Below, in pieces: positions 1-9,658 of a DNA stretch of 64,000 bases; the stretch's first letter is position 1, and every line of letters starts with the position of its first letter. Source of the stretch: Candidatus Actinomarina sp. (GTDB taxonomy: Bacteria; Actinomycetota; Acidimicrobiia; Actinomarinales; Actinomarinaceae); the NCBI GenBank assembly GCA_045563135.1, contig JBJKUL010000001.1, positions 485,351 through 549,350 on the forward strand. Reading direction: 5' to 3'. The position numbers and the translations under genes were made by a program. Below the pieces are notes generated by a model. The model did no database searches. It was given only the letters and a program-made list of their open reading frames with translations, and was not told the DNA's origin.

Positions 1-544
1 AGTAAGGCAGTACTTTGTAATCTTTATAGATTAAATCATTTTCCCAAAGGTTTTTAAACACCCACCAAACGCTTTCCATGAAATCAATGTCCATTGTTTT
101 GTAATCATTTTCAAAATCTACCCAACGACCAATTTTCCTAGTGACGCGTTCCCAGTTTTCAGTATTAGTTTGAACTTGAGATCTACAAGCTTCATTAAAT
201 TTACCAATACCAAAGTCATTTATTTGTTGTGGATCATCTAGTCCAAGTTGTTTCTGTACTTCCATCTCTATAGGGAGCCCATGAACATCCCATCCAAATC
301 GTCGTTCAACATAATATCCACGCATTGTCCAATATCTTGGAACAATATCTTTAATTACTCCGGCGAGAAGATTTCCATAATGCGGACTTCCAGTAGGGAA
401 TGGAGGGCCATCATAAAATCTAAATATTTTTTGATCTTTCCTGTTAGCCATTGAGTTATCAAATGCATTTATCTTATCCCAATACTTAGAGATATTTTGC
501 TCTTGGGACGCTAGATCAATATTATTGTTGATTCTTTTGAACAT
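1..544 (-). CDS. ileS: Isoleucine--tRNA ligase, N-terminal part (gene continues beyond window start); type-2 (eukaryote/actinobacterial-like) IleS
   Basis: Minus-strand translation MFKRINN...FYDGPPFPTGSPHYGNLLAGVIKDIVPRYWTMRGYYVERRFGWDVHGLPIE matches the class I HIGH-region and following block of type-2 IleS; ATG is the complement of 542-544. Confidence 0.85.
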   Translation of the reverse strand, partial: MFKRINNNIDLASQEQNISKYWDKINAFDNSMANRKDQKIFRFYDGPPFPTGSPHYGNLLAGVIKDIVPRYWTMRGYYVERRFGWDVHGLPIEMEVQKQLGLDDPQQINDFGIGKFNEACRSQVQTNTENWERVTRKIGRWVDFENDYKTMDIDFMESVWWVFKNLWENDLIYKDYKVLPY

Positions 545-667
545 ATCTTTAAAATTTTAAAGCTTTTTAGAATAAATATACGATATATAAAGAATATTTA
601 AATAATAAGAAAATACTTACCTTTTTGTAGAAATTTACTAAGCTATTTAAATTAATAGGAAATAGTT

Positions 668-1045
668 ATGGCAAGAAAATTATCACCAAATACAGTCAGC
701 AAGTTCAAAAAGAAACTTGAAGCAGAACGTGAGAATCTGACGAATTTACTACAAAGACATCAAGAGGAACGCGAAAAAGTTAGGCTCTCAGAAGGTTCTG
801 CAGAAAGAAGTCCAGACCCATCAGAAGCTGATGGCGGCTCCATGGCGTTTGAGCTAGAAAAAGAATTAACTTTAGATGAAAATACTAAATACTTATTAAA
901 TCAAGTTGAACATGCTTTATTTTTAATAAAAAAGAAAAAATACGGTATTTGTGAAAGTTGTGGAGAATCTATACCAGTTGCAAGACTTGAAGCTTTGCCA
1001 TATTCAGCAACTTGTAAAGATTGCGCACAATTAATTGACTCTTAA
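668..1045 (+). CDS. TraR/DksA family C4-type zinc-finger protein
   Basis: C-terminal CESCGESIPVARLEALPYSATCKDCA (CxxC-N17-CxxC) after a coiled-coil N-terminus; sits immediately upstream of lspA as in Actinobacteria. Confidence 0.7.
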   Translation: MARKLSPNTVSKFKKKLEAERENLTNLLQRHQEEREKVRLSEGSAERSPDPSEADGGSMAFELEKELTLDENTKYLLNQVEHALFLIKKKKYGICESCGESIPVARLEALPYSATCKDCAQLIDS

Positions 1046-1493
1046 GAAATATTTTTACCCAGTTTTTCTAGCAACACTATTAGCAATAGTTGATAATTTG
1101 GTGAAATACTATATACGAACACAAAATATTCAAGAATTAGTGATTATAGAAAATTTTCTAACAATTGATTTAACTTACAATACAGGCATAGCATTTGGAT
1201 TCTTAAGTGATTATACGAACTCTACTTATGTAATATCACTTTTAGTTTTAGCGTGGCTGATTTACCAATTCAAGGATCTAAAAAATAACCCAACAGAGTT
1301 CTACTCGCTTATTCTGATTTTAGGTGGAGCACTCGGGAATTTATCAGAAAGGGGATGGAGCCTATTGACCGGAAGTGGAGGAAAAGTAACAGACTTTATA
1401 GAACTTATGTTTATACCAAGTTTTAATATTGCAGATTCTTTGATAAGCATAGGTATTACTACCTTGTTATTTTTGGAGTTTAGAAATAAATAA
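1035..1493 (+). CDS. lspA: Lipoprotein signal peptidase II
   Basis: Four TM segments; NTGIAFGF and FNIADSLISIG motifs typical of LspA. Confidence 0.85.
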   Translation: MTLKKYFYPVFLATLLAIVDNLVKYYIRTQNIQELVIIENFLTIDLTYNTGIAFGFLSDYTNSTYVISLLVLAWLIYQFKDLKNNPTEFYSLILILGGALGNLSERGWSLLTGSGGKVTDFIELMFIPSFNIADSLISIGITTLLFLEFRNK

Positions 1494-1548
1494 CTTAAAA
1501 GTAGTTCATGAAAATGAAAATTTTATTATTTTCAACAAACCAAATGGT

Positions 1549-2160
1549 TTGCTTACGCATCCTACCAATACATCAAACGAAAACACACTCAGAGATTTCT
1601 TAATAAAAAGACATCCAAAGGTCTTAAATTGGGGAGAGTCTGGTCGAGAAGGTATTGTTCACCGACTTGATAGAGTGACATCTGGATTATTGATTTGCGC
1701 ACTACAAGAAAATACTTTCGAAACACTTAAAAATAAATTTAAATCTAGAGATATTCAAAAAAATTATGTCGCTTTAATTAATGGTGAGTTACCTTTTGAA
1801 ACGGGCTTAATTAATGTCCCATTGGGTAGGTCAAAACAAAACAGAAGCAAACGATCTGTTGTAAAGAATGGACGCGAATCAATAACAAAATATGAGGTAA
1901 TTGATTATTCAAATGAACTAAATATTTCGAAAATCAAGTTAGAACTCATTACAGGCCGAAACCATCAAATTAGAGCACACATGGAATATATGAAGACACC
2001 AGTTTTAAATGATGAGCTGTATGGATCTTTACAACACGGTGAAATTCCAGAAAATGCGATTGCATTACATTCAAGTTTTTTAAATTTTGAATTTGAGGGT
2101 AAAGATTTTGAATTCTATGTTGAGCCTCCCGATTTTTTTAATCAAGTGTTAGATGTGTAA
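1549..2160 (+). CDS. RluA-family 23S rRNA/tRNA pseudouridine synthase (no S4 domain); true start probably upstream of the first canonical start codon
   Basis: HRLDRVTSGLL catalytic Asp motif, KNYVALINGE, HQIRAHM; in-frame upstream residues VVHENENFIIFNKPNGLL align with the RluA/RluD core but carry no ATG/GTG/TTG. Confidence 0.8.
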   Translation: MLTHPTNTSNENTLRDFLIKRHPKVLNWGESGREGIVHRLDRVTSGLLICALQENTFETLKNKFKSRDIQKNYVALINGELPFETGLINVPLGRSKQNRSKRSVVKNGRESITKYEVIDYSNELNISKIKLELITGRNHQIRAHMEYMKTPVLNDELYGSLQHGEIPENAIALHSSFLNFEFEGKDFEFYVEPPDFFNQVLDV

Positions 2161-2189
2161 TTTTTCAAAAATACTTTTAATATGTTTTT

Positions 2190-5100
2190 ATGAGTAAATC
2201 TTTTGTACATCTCCACGCACACACTGAGTACTCAATGCTTGATGGAGCAGCAAAAATTCAAACCTACATTAATAGAGTTAAGGAACTCGGGCAGCCTGGT
2301 GCTGCAATTACTGATCACGGGAATCTTTATGGAGCTCTTGAGTTCCATAAAGTAGCAATTAAAAATGACATTAATCCAATAATTGGATATGAAGCTTATG
2401 TCACAACTGAATCAAGATTTGAAAGACCTGATAGAGATAAAAATAAAAGGTATCACCTTACACTCCTCGCAGAAAATAATGAAGGATATTGGAATTTAGT
2501 TAAGCTTGCCAGTAAAGCATATACAGAAGGGTATTATTACAAACCAAGACTCGACTATGAACTAATGAGGGAACATTCCAAAGGAATCATTGCACTCTCT
2601 GGATGTCTTGGTGGAGAAATTGCACAACACTTAGCACCAGATGGTTCAACTGAAGAAGGAAACTCGCAGGGAGAGAGAAGTTACGAAAAAGCTTTGAGTA
2701 AGGCTAGTTTGTATCAAGAAATTTTTGGAAAAGAGAACTTTTTTATTGAATTACATAATCATGGAATAAAACAGCAAGAAATAATACTTCCAGACTTATT
2801 AAACATATCAAAGGAAATAGGTGCTCCATTAGTAGCGACAAATGATTCCCACTATGTCCACACAGAGGATTCATCTGCACATGATGCTTTATTATGTGTT
2901 CAAACGAATGCAACAATTGACGATAATACAAGGTTTAAGTTTGAAGGCCAGGGATACTACGTTAAATCCTCAGATGAAATGCGTAACTTATTTCCACAAG
3001 AACAATATCCAGATGCTTGTGACAATACTTTAGCAATTTCAGAGAGAGTTAAGTATAAATTTAAAACCGGACAATATTTTTTACCAGCATTCCCTGTTCA
3101 GGATCCTGAGTTAACTGCTGAAGAGTATCTCAAGAATTTGGTATACGAGGGTGCTAAAAATGTATATAAAGAACTTTCAGAGGAGATAACCGAAAGAATT
3201 GAATACGAACTTGATGTAATCAATTCAATGGGTTTTGCCTCCTATTTTTTAATTGTTGGAGATCTTATAAGTTATGCAAAAGAAAATAAAATTCGTACAG
3301 GTGCTGGCAGGGGATCGGCTGCAGGATCTATAGTTTCCTATTGTCTTGGTATAACTGGTATAGAGCCTCTTAAATACGGATTACTTTTTGAAAGATTTTT
3401 AAATAAGGGGCGAAAAGAACTTCCTGATATTGATATGGACTTTGACGAGAGATATCGGAATGATGTTATAGATTATGTCGTTGAAAAGTATGGGCAAGAT
3501 AAAGTGGCACACATTGTTACCTTTGCAACTATTAAAGCTAAACAAGCTATCAGAGATTCCTCGAGAGTACTTGGTCTACCATTTTCAGCTGGAGACAAAG
3601 TAGCCAAGCTTATGCCACCAATGATTTTGGGAAATACAGCAACCCTATCAGAATGTCTTTCTTTAGACGAAGATAACAACAGTGGCTATAGTAAAGAATT
3701 TTATTCAGCATCATCAGAGCTGAGAGCACAGTACAAAAATGATGAAGAAGTTAGGCAGATAATTGATATTGCACTTGGCCTCGAAGGCCTTAGGCGTCAA
3801 GATGGGATTCATGCTGCAGCTGTTGTAATATCTCCTGATGTCATTACAAACTTCTTACCAGTTCAGAAAAAAGGAAAAGATGCTGAATTAGTTACTCAGT
3901 ATGAAATGCATACAGTTGAACAGCTTGGCTTATTAAAGATGGATTTTTTAGGATTGAGAAACCTTTCAATTATTGACAGAACATTAGAACTTATTGATGA
4001 TGAGTCATTCAATATTGACGAGTTGCCGCTTACTGACAAAAAAACGTTTGAATTATTTTCCTCTGGAAAAATGACTGGAGTTTTTCAATTAGAGAGTAGA
4101 GTTGCTCAAGCTACTGCAAGAAGTTTAAAACCTAAAAGATTTGAAGACATAGTTGCATTAGTTGCACTTATTCGTCCAGGGCCATTAGGTGCAAATATGC
4201 ATATTGAATTTGCAGATAGGGCTACAGGTAAGAAAGAAATTGAATTTCTTCATAACGACTTAAAAGAAATATTAGAGGAAACATATGGAGTGATTCTATA
4301 CCAAGAGCAAGTTATGCAGATTGCACAAAAAATATCAGGTTTTCAATTGGATGAAGCAGACGATTTGAGAAAAGCGATGGGAAAAAAAATTCCAAAAGTA
4401 ATGGAGCAGCAAAGAAAGAAATTTACGGATGGTGCATTACAAAATGGATATTCAGAACAGTTCTCTATGGAGTTGTTTGATCAAATTGCATTCTTTGCTG
4501 GCTATGGTTTCAATAAAAGCCATTCTGTACCTTATGCACTTCTTGCGTATCAGACAGCATATTTAAAAGCTAATTACCCTGCTGAGTATCTATCTGCATG
4601 CTTAACAGCAGTCAAGCGAGATAAAGAACGTACAGCTGTATTTTTAGCCGAAGCAAGAGATATTGGAGTGAATGTTAAAACACCAGATATTAATTTAAGT
4701 ACAGAAGATTTTTCTGTAGCTAATGGGGAAATATTATTTGGTTTGTCTGCAATTCGAAATGTTGGAGACATTACGGCGGAAAAAATAGTATTTGAAAGAC
4801 AAAATGGTAATTATCAAACAGTCCAAGATTTTCTTGCTCGTACTGATTCTAGGTCTCTAAATAAAAGAGGAGTAGAGGCAATGATACAGGGAGGTGCTTT
4901 TGATAAATTTGGATTTCCGAGAAGAGGATTGTTTGAGGCAATCCTCGATCTTATTGAAGATGCAAAAGGATTAAAAAAAGAAAAAAATAATTCACAAACT
5001 TCATTGTTTGAATTTGATGAAAAATCAACAGATTTGACAACAATTAAAAATATTGAATGGGAGAAAAAAGAACTACTAGACAGAGAAAGAGAAATGCTAG

Positions 5101-5684
5101 GTTTTTTTGTTAGTGAAGACCCACTGGAAGGTTATGGTGAAATTTTTAGATCAGAATCTACACATTCAGTAATTGAGTTAATGGACTTAGAGGAAGACGA
5201 AGAGGTAAATGTAGCAATTACTGGCTTGGTCTCAAATGTCCAAAAAAGAGTTTCACGAAGAGGCAATGCTTGGATTCAATTTGACTTACAAGAGTCGACA
5301 GGTTCACTAGGAGTTCTCGTCTTTAATAAATTAGTTGATAAATATAATGCACAACTTGATGGTGAGCTGTACCTGAAGGTATCAGGTACTTATGTAGGGG
5401 GAACAGAAAATAATATTCGAGCGAGAGATTTTGAGTTGATAGAGCCGTCAAAACTTATGACTGATTTAGACACTACTCCTTTAAAAATATCTGTTGAAGA
5501 AGAAATAATGGATAAAAATAATTTAATACTACTTAAAGAGTTGCTTGAAAAGCATCCTGGAAGTTCAAAAGTTGAACTTGAGGTAAATAATGAAACAGGG
5601 ATAAAACTTTTAGAGCTGAAAAATATCAAAGTTAAAAAAACTACAGAACTTAGAAATGAAATTAACACATTGTTGACAAACTAA
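2190..5684 (+). CDS. dnaE: DNA polymerase III alpha subunit
   Basis: 1164 aa; N-terminal PHP domain HLHAHTEYSMLDGA; polymerase core and OB fold region. Confidence 0.97.
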   Translation: MSKSFVHLHAHTEYSMLDGAAKIQTYINRVKELGQPGAAITDHGNLYGALEFHKVAIKNDINPIIGYEAYVTTESRFERPDRDKNKRYHLTLLAENNEGYWNLVKLASKAYTEGYYYKPRLDYELMREHSKGIIALSGCLGGEIAQHLAPDGSTEEGNSQGERSYEKALSKASLYQEIFGKENFFIELHNHGIKQQEIILPDLLNISKEIGAPLVATNDSHYVHTEDSSAHDALLCVQTNATIDDNTRFKFEGQGYYVKSSDEMRNLFPQEQYPDACDNTLAISERVKYKFKTGQYFLPAFPVQDPELTAEEYLKNLVYEGAKNVYKELSEEITERIEYELDVINSMGFASYFLIVGDLISYAKENKIRTGAGRGSAAGSIVSYCLGITGIEPLKYGLLFERFLNKGRKELPDIDMDFDERYRNDVIDYVVEKYGQDKVAHIVTFATIKAKQAIRDSSRVLGLPFSAGDKVAKLMPPMILGNTATLSECLSLDEDNNSGYSKEFYSASSELRAQYKNDEEVRQIIDIALGLEGLRRQDGIHAAAVVISPDVITNFLPVQKKGKDAELVTQYEMHTVEQLGLLKMDFLGLRNLSIIDRTLELIDDESFNIDELPLTDKKTFELFSSGKMTGVFQLESRVAQATARSLKPKRFEDIVALVALIRPGPLGANMHIEFADRATGKKEIEFLHNDLKEILEETYGVILYQEQVMQIAQKISGFQLDEADDLRKAMGKKIPKVMEQQRKKFTDGALQNGYSEQFSMELFDQIAFFAGYGFNKSHSVPYALLAYQTAYLKANYPAEYLSACLTAVKRDKERTAVFLAEARDIGVNVKTPDINLSTEDFSVANGEILFGLSAIRNVGDITAEKIVFERQNGNYQTVQDFLARTDSRSLNKRGVEAMIQGGAFDKFGFPRRGLFEAILDLIEDAKGLKKEKNNSQTSLFEFDEKSTDLTTIKNIEWEKKELLDREREMLGFFVSEDPLEGYGEIFRSESTHSVIELMDLEEDEEVNVAITGLVSNVQKRVSRRGNAWIQFDLQESTGSLGVLVFNKLVDKYNAQLDGELYLKVSGTYVGGTENNIRARDFELIEPSKLMTDLDTTPLKISVEEEIMDKNNLILLKELLEKHPGSSKVELEVNNETGIKLLELKNIKVKKTTELRNEINTLLTN

Positions 5685-5697
5685 TTATCATTTGAAT

Positions 5698-5907
5698 ATG
5701 ACATTTAACATTGAAGAATTTCAAATCCGTTTTAAAGAAAGAGCTGAAGCTGTAAAAAATCGTCCTATGCCCCCAATAGGTGGCGACGAAAGACTAGCTT
5801 TTATAAAACAAGCTGAGAAAGATTATCAGGATTATATGATTATCTCTGATTCAGAATATGAAATTACGGATGACTACTTAATATTTAAATACAAGTTAGA
5901 TTCTTAA
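5698..5907 (+). CDS. Small hypothetical protein (69 aa)
   Basis: ORF fills the gap between convergent dnaE and thyX; no recognisable motif. Confidence 0.35.
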   Translation: MTFNIEEFQIRFKERAEAVKNRPMPPIGGDERLAFIKQAEKDYQDYMIISDSEYEITDDYLIFKYKLDS

Positions 5908-6566
5908 TTTAGGCTTTTTCCCATTGGGAAAATTATATTTATAACTTCAGCACAAGCTTTAGCTATTTCCATATGTTCTTTTTGAGTTCCATTCGAGGCT
6001 CTTAGTTGAATGTAATGAATCCAGCTTCTCAGGGTTCCGTTCATGTATAACCTGCTTACAGTATTTCCCTCAGGTAGTACAGATCTTGCCTGTTCTTTAG
6101 CTATTCCAGCTTCTATAGCCCAGTTATAAGCTTTGGTTGAAGTTTCAATGACTTCTTCTTGTAAATCATTCCATTTTTTTATGATTTCACTGTCATTTGT
6201 TTCGACTGAATTTTGACGATTTTTATTGTCTTGAAGGCGAGCTTCACGAACCTGAAATTCCAAGTCTTTCACAGGGTTTGCATATCTCTGACTAAATTCT
6301 TGAAAACTAAAAGACCTATGGCGTAAAATCTGTCTTGCGATGTCTCTTGTTGTTTCTATTTCCAAACAAGCACTTACCATTTCAAGTGGAGACCAATGAG
6401 CATTTTTAATTAGATAATTAATCAGTTTCTCACTAGTTTCCGTGTTTAGTTGGTTTGATGGGTTTGAAACTCTTGCACAAAAAGCCACAAGTTCTTGAGC
6501 GTCTGTTATTCCTTCAGAAAAAAATTCATCCGTTGGTTTAGAATAACTAATTAATTTAACTTTCAT
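5904..6566 (-). CDS. thyX: Flavin-dependent thymidylate synthase
   Basis: ThyX signature RHRSFSFQEFSQRY (RHRxxSxxxxSxRY). Confidence 0.9.
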   Translation of the reverse strand: MKVKLISYSKPTDEFFSEGITDAQELVAFCARVSNPSNQLNTETSEKLINYLIKNAHWSPLEMVSACLEIETTRDIARQILRHRSFSFQEFSQRYANPVKDLEFQVREARLQDNKNRQNSVETNDSEIIKKWNDLQEEVIETSTKAYNWAIEAGIAKEQARSVLPEGNTVSRLYMNGTLRSWIHYIQLRASNGTQKEHMEIAKACAEVINIIFPMGKSLN

Positions 6567-6579
6567 TTATGTAACTATA

Positions 6580-6813
6580 TTAAAATAAAAAAAATATGTT
6601 TTTATTACGAATAATTGTTTTTTTGATACTTTTTTCGCTGATCTTAATTTTGGCGTACCCCTTACTTATTGTTTTTGATATTGCTACGGGTGGAGATGGA
6701 TTCGGATTATGCTCTAATCTTGCCACGTGCGTTATTCCAATTACTGAGGGGCCTCGCTTACTGGTTTTTCTTATAAGCATATTTTTCTTTTTAGTTTTAC
6801 TTTTAAGACTCAT
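6580..6813 (-). CDS. Hypothetical small basic protein (77 aa); an alternative overlapping plus-strand ORF 6596-6859 encodes a 2-TM peptide
   Basis: Lies in register between the minus-strand EamA gene (35 bp upstream) and thyX (13 bp downstream); strand assignment is ambiguous. Confidence 0.25.
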   Translation of the reverse strand: MSLKSKTKKKNMLIRKTSKRGPSVIGITHVARLEHNPNPSPPVAISKTISKGYAKIKISEKSIKKTIIRNKNIFFLF

Positions 6814-6848
6814 AATGAAATTTATGAATTCACTACAAAGTAAAAATT

Positions 6849-7676
6849 CTATTCTTTAATCACAAGAAATATAGAGAGTAAGACCAGAACGACACCACTC
6901 CAATTTAGTAAAGTTAATACTTCACCTGCATAAGATAATCCAATTATCAAGGCGAATATTGCTTCTAGGCTTAAAATTAACGCAGCTGAAGAGGCCTTAA
7001 TTACTTTTTGCCCAAATAATTGAAGATAAAACGCAGCAAAATTTACAACAAACCCTAGGAAAAATATCGGAACTAAAAATTCTAGATTGAAATTTAACTG
7101 GTCATATGTTAAAAATGGAAAACACAATAGGGCACCAATTAATGACTGAATAAACATTAATTGTGAAATATTCTGATCTTTAATGTACCTTTCAACCATA
7201 ACTATATGTAGTGCATATCCAGTTGCACATATTAATGTAAAAAGATTACCAAAGAGTTGTTCACTACTATTGCTAGCAATTAAAAAAATGCCTAAAAAAC
7301 CTGTAAATGAAAAAATATAACTTTTACTGGTAATTATTGTTTTATTTAAGAATTTCGAAAGTATAGGTGTTAATACAATATAGAAACCTGTAACTACTCC
7401 AGAATTTATTGTTGAAGTAGTAAGTAATCCTTGGGTTTGTGTTGCATACCCAATCCATAAGAAAAACCCCATAAGAATACCAGGTTTTACTGTTTCTCTT
7501 TTGGGTATTCCACCTGTTATAAGAAATAAAAATGCTGCAATTGAGTATCTTAAAAAAACTATATTCATTGGTGAAAAATCATTTAATAAGTCTTTTACTA
7601 TTACAAAAGTAGAGCCAAAAAATAATGCAGATAACACTAGTGAGGAAATAGCTAAGGATTTATTATTTTTAATCAT
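6849..7676 (-). CDS. EamA/DMT-family transporter (10 TM)
   Basis: Two tandem EamA-like 5-TM repeats; hydrophobic throughout. Confidence 0.75.
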   Translation of the reverse strand: MIKNNKSLAISSLVLSALFFGSTFVIVKDLLNDFSPMNIVFLRYSIAAFLFLITGGIPKRETVKPGILMGFFLWIGYATQTQGLLTTSTINSGVVTGFYIVLTPILSKFLNKTIITSKSYIFSFTGFLGIFLIASNSSEQLFGNLFTLICATGYALHIVMVERYIKDQNISQLMFIQSLIGALLCFPFLTYDQLNFNLEFLVPIFFLGFVVNFAAFYLQLFGQKVIKASSAALILSLEAIFALIIGLSYAGEVLTLLNWSGVVLVLLSIFLVIKE

Positions 7677-7716
7677 GTAATTTAATGAAGATTAATATAC
7701 AGTTTAAGATAAATAT

Positions 7717-8364
7717 ATGAGCAATGAAATAAAAAAACTTGCTGCCAGCTTTCAAAGATATCTTCGAAAAGAATATTCAGATATAAAAACAATTTTAAAA
7801 TTCAATTCTCAATTTCAATTACTAGTATCTATCGTCTTGTCAGCTCAAACCACCGATGAGAATGTTAATAAAGCCACAAAAGGATTATTCAAGAAATACC
7901 CAAACGCAAAACTTTTATCAGCAGCAAAATTGAGAGATATTGAGAGCTTGGTATTTTCTACAGGATTTTATAAAGTGAAGTCAAAAAATATTCACACTTT
8001 GTCAAAGGTTTTAGTCAGTGATTACAATTCAAGGATTCCAAAGACTATAGATGAGCTTGTAAAACTTCCTGGGGTTGGCAGAAAGACAGCTTCTGTCTTT
8101 TTAGCTGAAACATTCGATCAGCCCACAATCGCAGTCGACACTCACGTTTTACGGGTATCGCACCGTTTGGGATTTAGCAGCAAAAGATATGATCCAATAC
8201 AAACAGAAAAAGAATTAAAGCAACTTTTCCCTAAAAATTTTTGGAGATATCTTTCAATGAGTTTTGTACAGTTTGGCAGAGATGTCTGCAATGCCAAAAA
8301 GCCCTTGTGTAATGTCTGCAATTTTAATAATTCATGTAAGTATTTTCTTTCTGTTAATACATAA
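7717..8364 (+). CDS. nth: Endonuclease III (DNA glycosylase/AP lyase)
   Basis: HhH-GPD motif LPGVGRKTASV, catalytic region, C-terminal 4Fe-4S cluster CNAKKPLCNVCNFNNSC. Confidence 0.9.
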   Translation: MSNEIKKLAASFQRYLRKEYSDIKTILKFNSQFQLLVSIVLSAQTTDENVNKATKGLFKKYPNAKLLSAAKLRDIESLVFSTGFYKVKSKNIHTLSKVLVSDYNSRIPKTIDELVKLPGVGRKTASVFLAETFDQPTIAVDTHVLRVSHRLGFSSKRYDPIQTEKELKQLFPKNFWRYLSMSFVQFGRDVCNAKKPLCNVCNFNNSCKYFLSVNT

Positions 8365-8383
8365 CCCTATATATATTTAACTC

Positions 8384-9091
8384 ATGGAAGTAAACATTTT
8401 TATAGCCTTTATGTTTGGTGCACTTTCATTTTTTTCCCCTTGTGTTTTACCTCTTGTTCCTGGATACTTAACAATATTTTCTGGAACTGATAACTCATTA
8501 CAAAGCAGGTTGAAAGGATCAATAGAATTCTGTTTAGGGTTTTCAATTGTATTTATATCTTTAGCAGCAATTGCATCTTCAGTTGGCTCATTCTTTACTA
8601 GAAATTCATCAACCTTGGGTATGGTAAGCGGGGTAATAATAATATTTTTTGGAGTATTACTTCTTTTTCCCACTCTAAACATGAAGTACTTTTATTCCTC
8701 TAATTATGTAGATTTAAAAAATTTTTCGACTTTCAAAAATTTTATACTGGGTTTAACTTTTGCGTTTGGGTTTACACCGTGTATCGGCCCAGTACTAGGG
8801 GCTTTGTTAACGCTGACATCTAATTCTGAAACTTTAAATCAAGGAATAGGACTATTAGTTAGTTTCTCAATTGGTCTATCGATACCTTTTATAACTATTT
8901 CTATTTTATCTGGTAAGTTAAATCTTAAAAATCGTATATTTGTAGCTTTTCAAAAATATTCATCAAAAATCTCAGGAGTTGTTTTAATTGCTATCGGTAC
9001 ATTGATATTCACTGATAAGATGTACATTCTGGCTTCATTCTTTCAAGACATCCTAATATTAATTAATTTAGACTGGTTAAGTACAATCTAA
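8384..9091 (+). CDS. ccdA: Cytochrome c-type biogenesis protein CcdA / DsbD-family thiol:disulfide transporter
   Basis: Six TM helices; paired Cys in TM1 (FFSPCVLPLVPGYL) and a second Cys in TM4 (FTPCIGPVLG). Confidence 0.8.
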   Translation: MEVNIFIAFMFGALSFFSPCVLPLVPGYLTIFSGTDNSLQSRLKGSIEFCLGFSIVFISLAAIASSVGSFFTRNSSTLGMVSGVIIIFFGVLLLFPTLNMKYFYSSNYVDLKNFSTFKNFILGLTFAFGFTPCIGPVLGALLTLTSNSETLNQGIGLLVSFSIGLSIPFITISILSGKLNLKNRIFVAFQKYSSKISGVVLIAIGTLIFTDKMYILASFFQDILILINLDWLSTI

Positions 9092-9093
9092 AA

Positions 9094-9657
9094 ATGAATA
9101 ATATAAAAATTACACATTCCCTGTTAGTTGAAGGTGATGAAGCTATAGAGTTTATAGAATCTTTAATATCGCTAGATCCCGAAGAGGGGACCTTCAAAAC
9201 ATCCTTTTTATTAAAGCCAGATGGAAAAATTGGCCATTGGTTTGTTATTCAAAAACTAGAAAAAAATCTTAATATTTTTCAAAGCAAAGAACAATTAGAG
9301 GAAATCAAAACTTCACTCGAATTTTATAAGATAAGGACGAAATGCACGCTAGGGATTGTTGAAGATGAGAGGTATATAAAAGTCAAGATAAATAAAGATA
9401 CATTTAATTTTTTAGAAACACCTGACCAAGAGAATTTATTAAGTTGGAAGGAATTAGCGATATTGCTAGAACTTCCATTGCCTGAAATAATTGAAGAAGG
9501 CTTGTTGCCAAATGAAACTAAATGGTTGGACATTATGGTTGATTTCAACAAAGGATGTTTTCTCGGTCAAGAACAAGCTTCACGTGTTAAGTTTAGAGGA
9601 CGTCCAAGACGGCTTTTAACATCTAAAGGTGACTCCCAAGAATTAATCAAAATTTAA
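9094..9657 (+). CDS. YgfZ/GcvT-like folate-binding protein (short form)
   Basis: Conserved KGCFLGQE motif (NKGCFLGQEQASRVKFRG) characteristic of YgfZ. Confidence 0.55.
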   Translation: MNNIKITHSLLVEGDEAIEFIESLISLDPEEGTFKTSFLLKPDGKIGHWFVIQKLEKNLNIFQSKEQLEEIKTSLEFYKIRTKCTLGIVEDERYIKVKINKDTFNFLETPDQENLLSWKELAILLELPLPEIIEEGLLPNETKWLDIMVDFNKGCFLGQEQASRVKFRGRPRRLLTSKGDSQELIKI

Positions 9658-9658
9658 A

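Noticed and set aside
248-454. 68-aa plus-strand ORF
   Set aside because: Lies entirely antisense to the ileS coding sequence, whose translation is strongly conserved; mirror-frame artefact.
544-667. Possible T-box leader upstream of ileS (common for ileS in Actinobacteria)
   Set aside because: Only 124 bp of AT-rich divergent promoter sequence separate ileS from the TraR/DksA gene; no specifier-loop or T-box (AGGGUGGNACCGCG-like) sequence is present and the space is too short.
2743-5668. Several 60-90 aa ORFs on either strand inside dnaE (2743-2931, 2842-3033, 3473-3679, 4574-4771, 5390-5668)
   Set aside because: All nested within the well-supported dnaE reading frame; typical AT-rich shadow ORFs.
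8377-8682. 101-aa minus-strand ORF
   Set aside because: Completely internal and antisense to ccdA, which has clear membrane-protein motifs.
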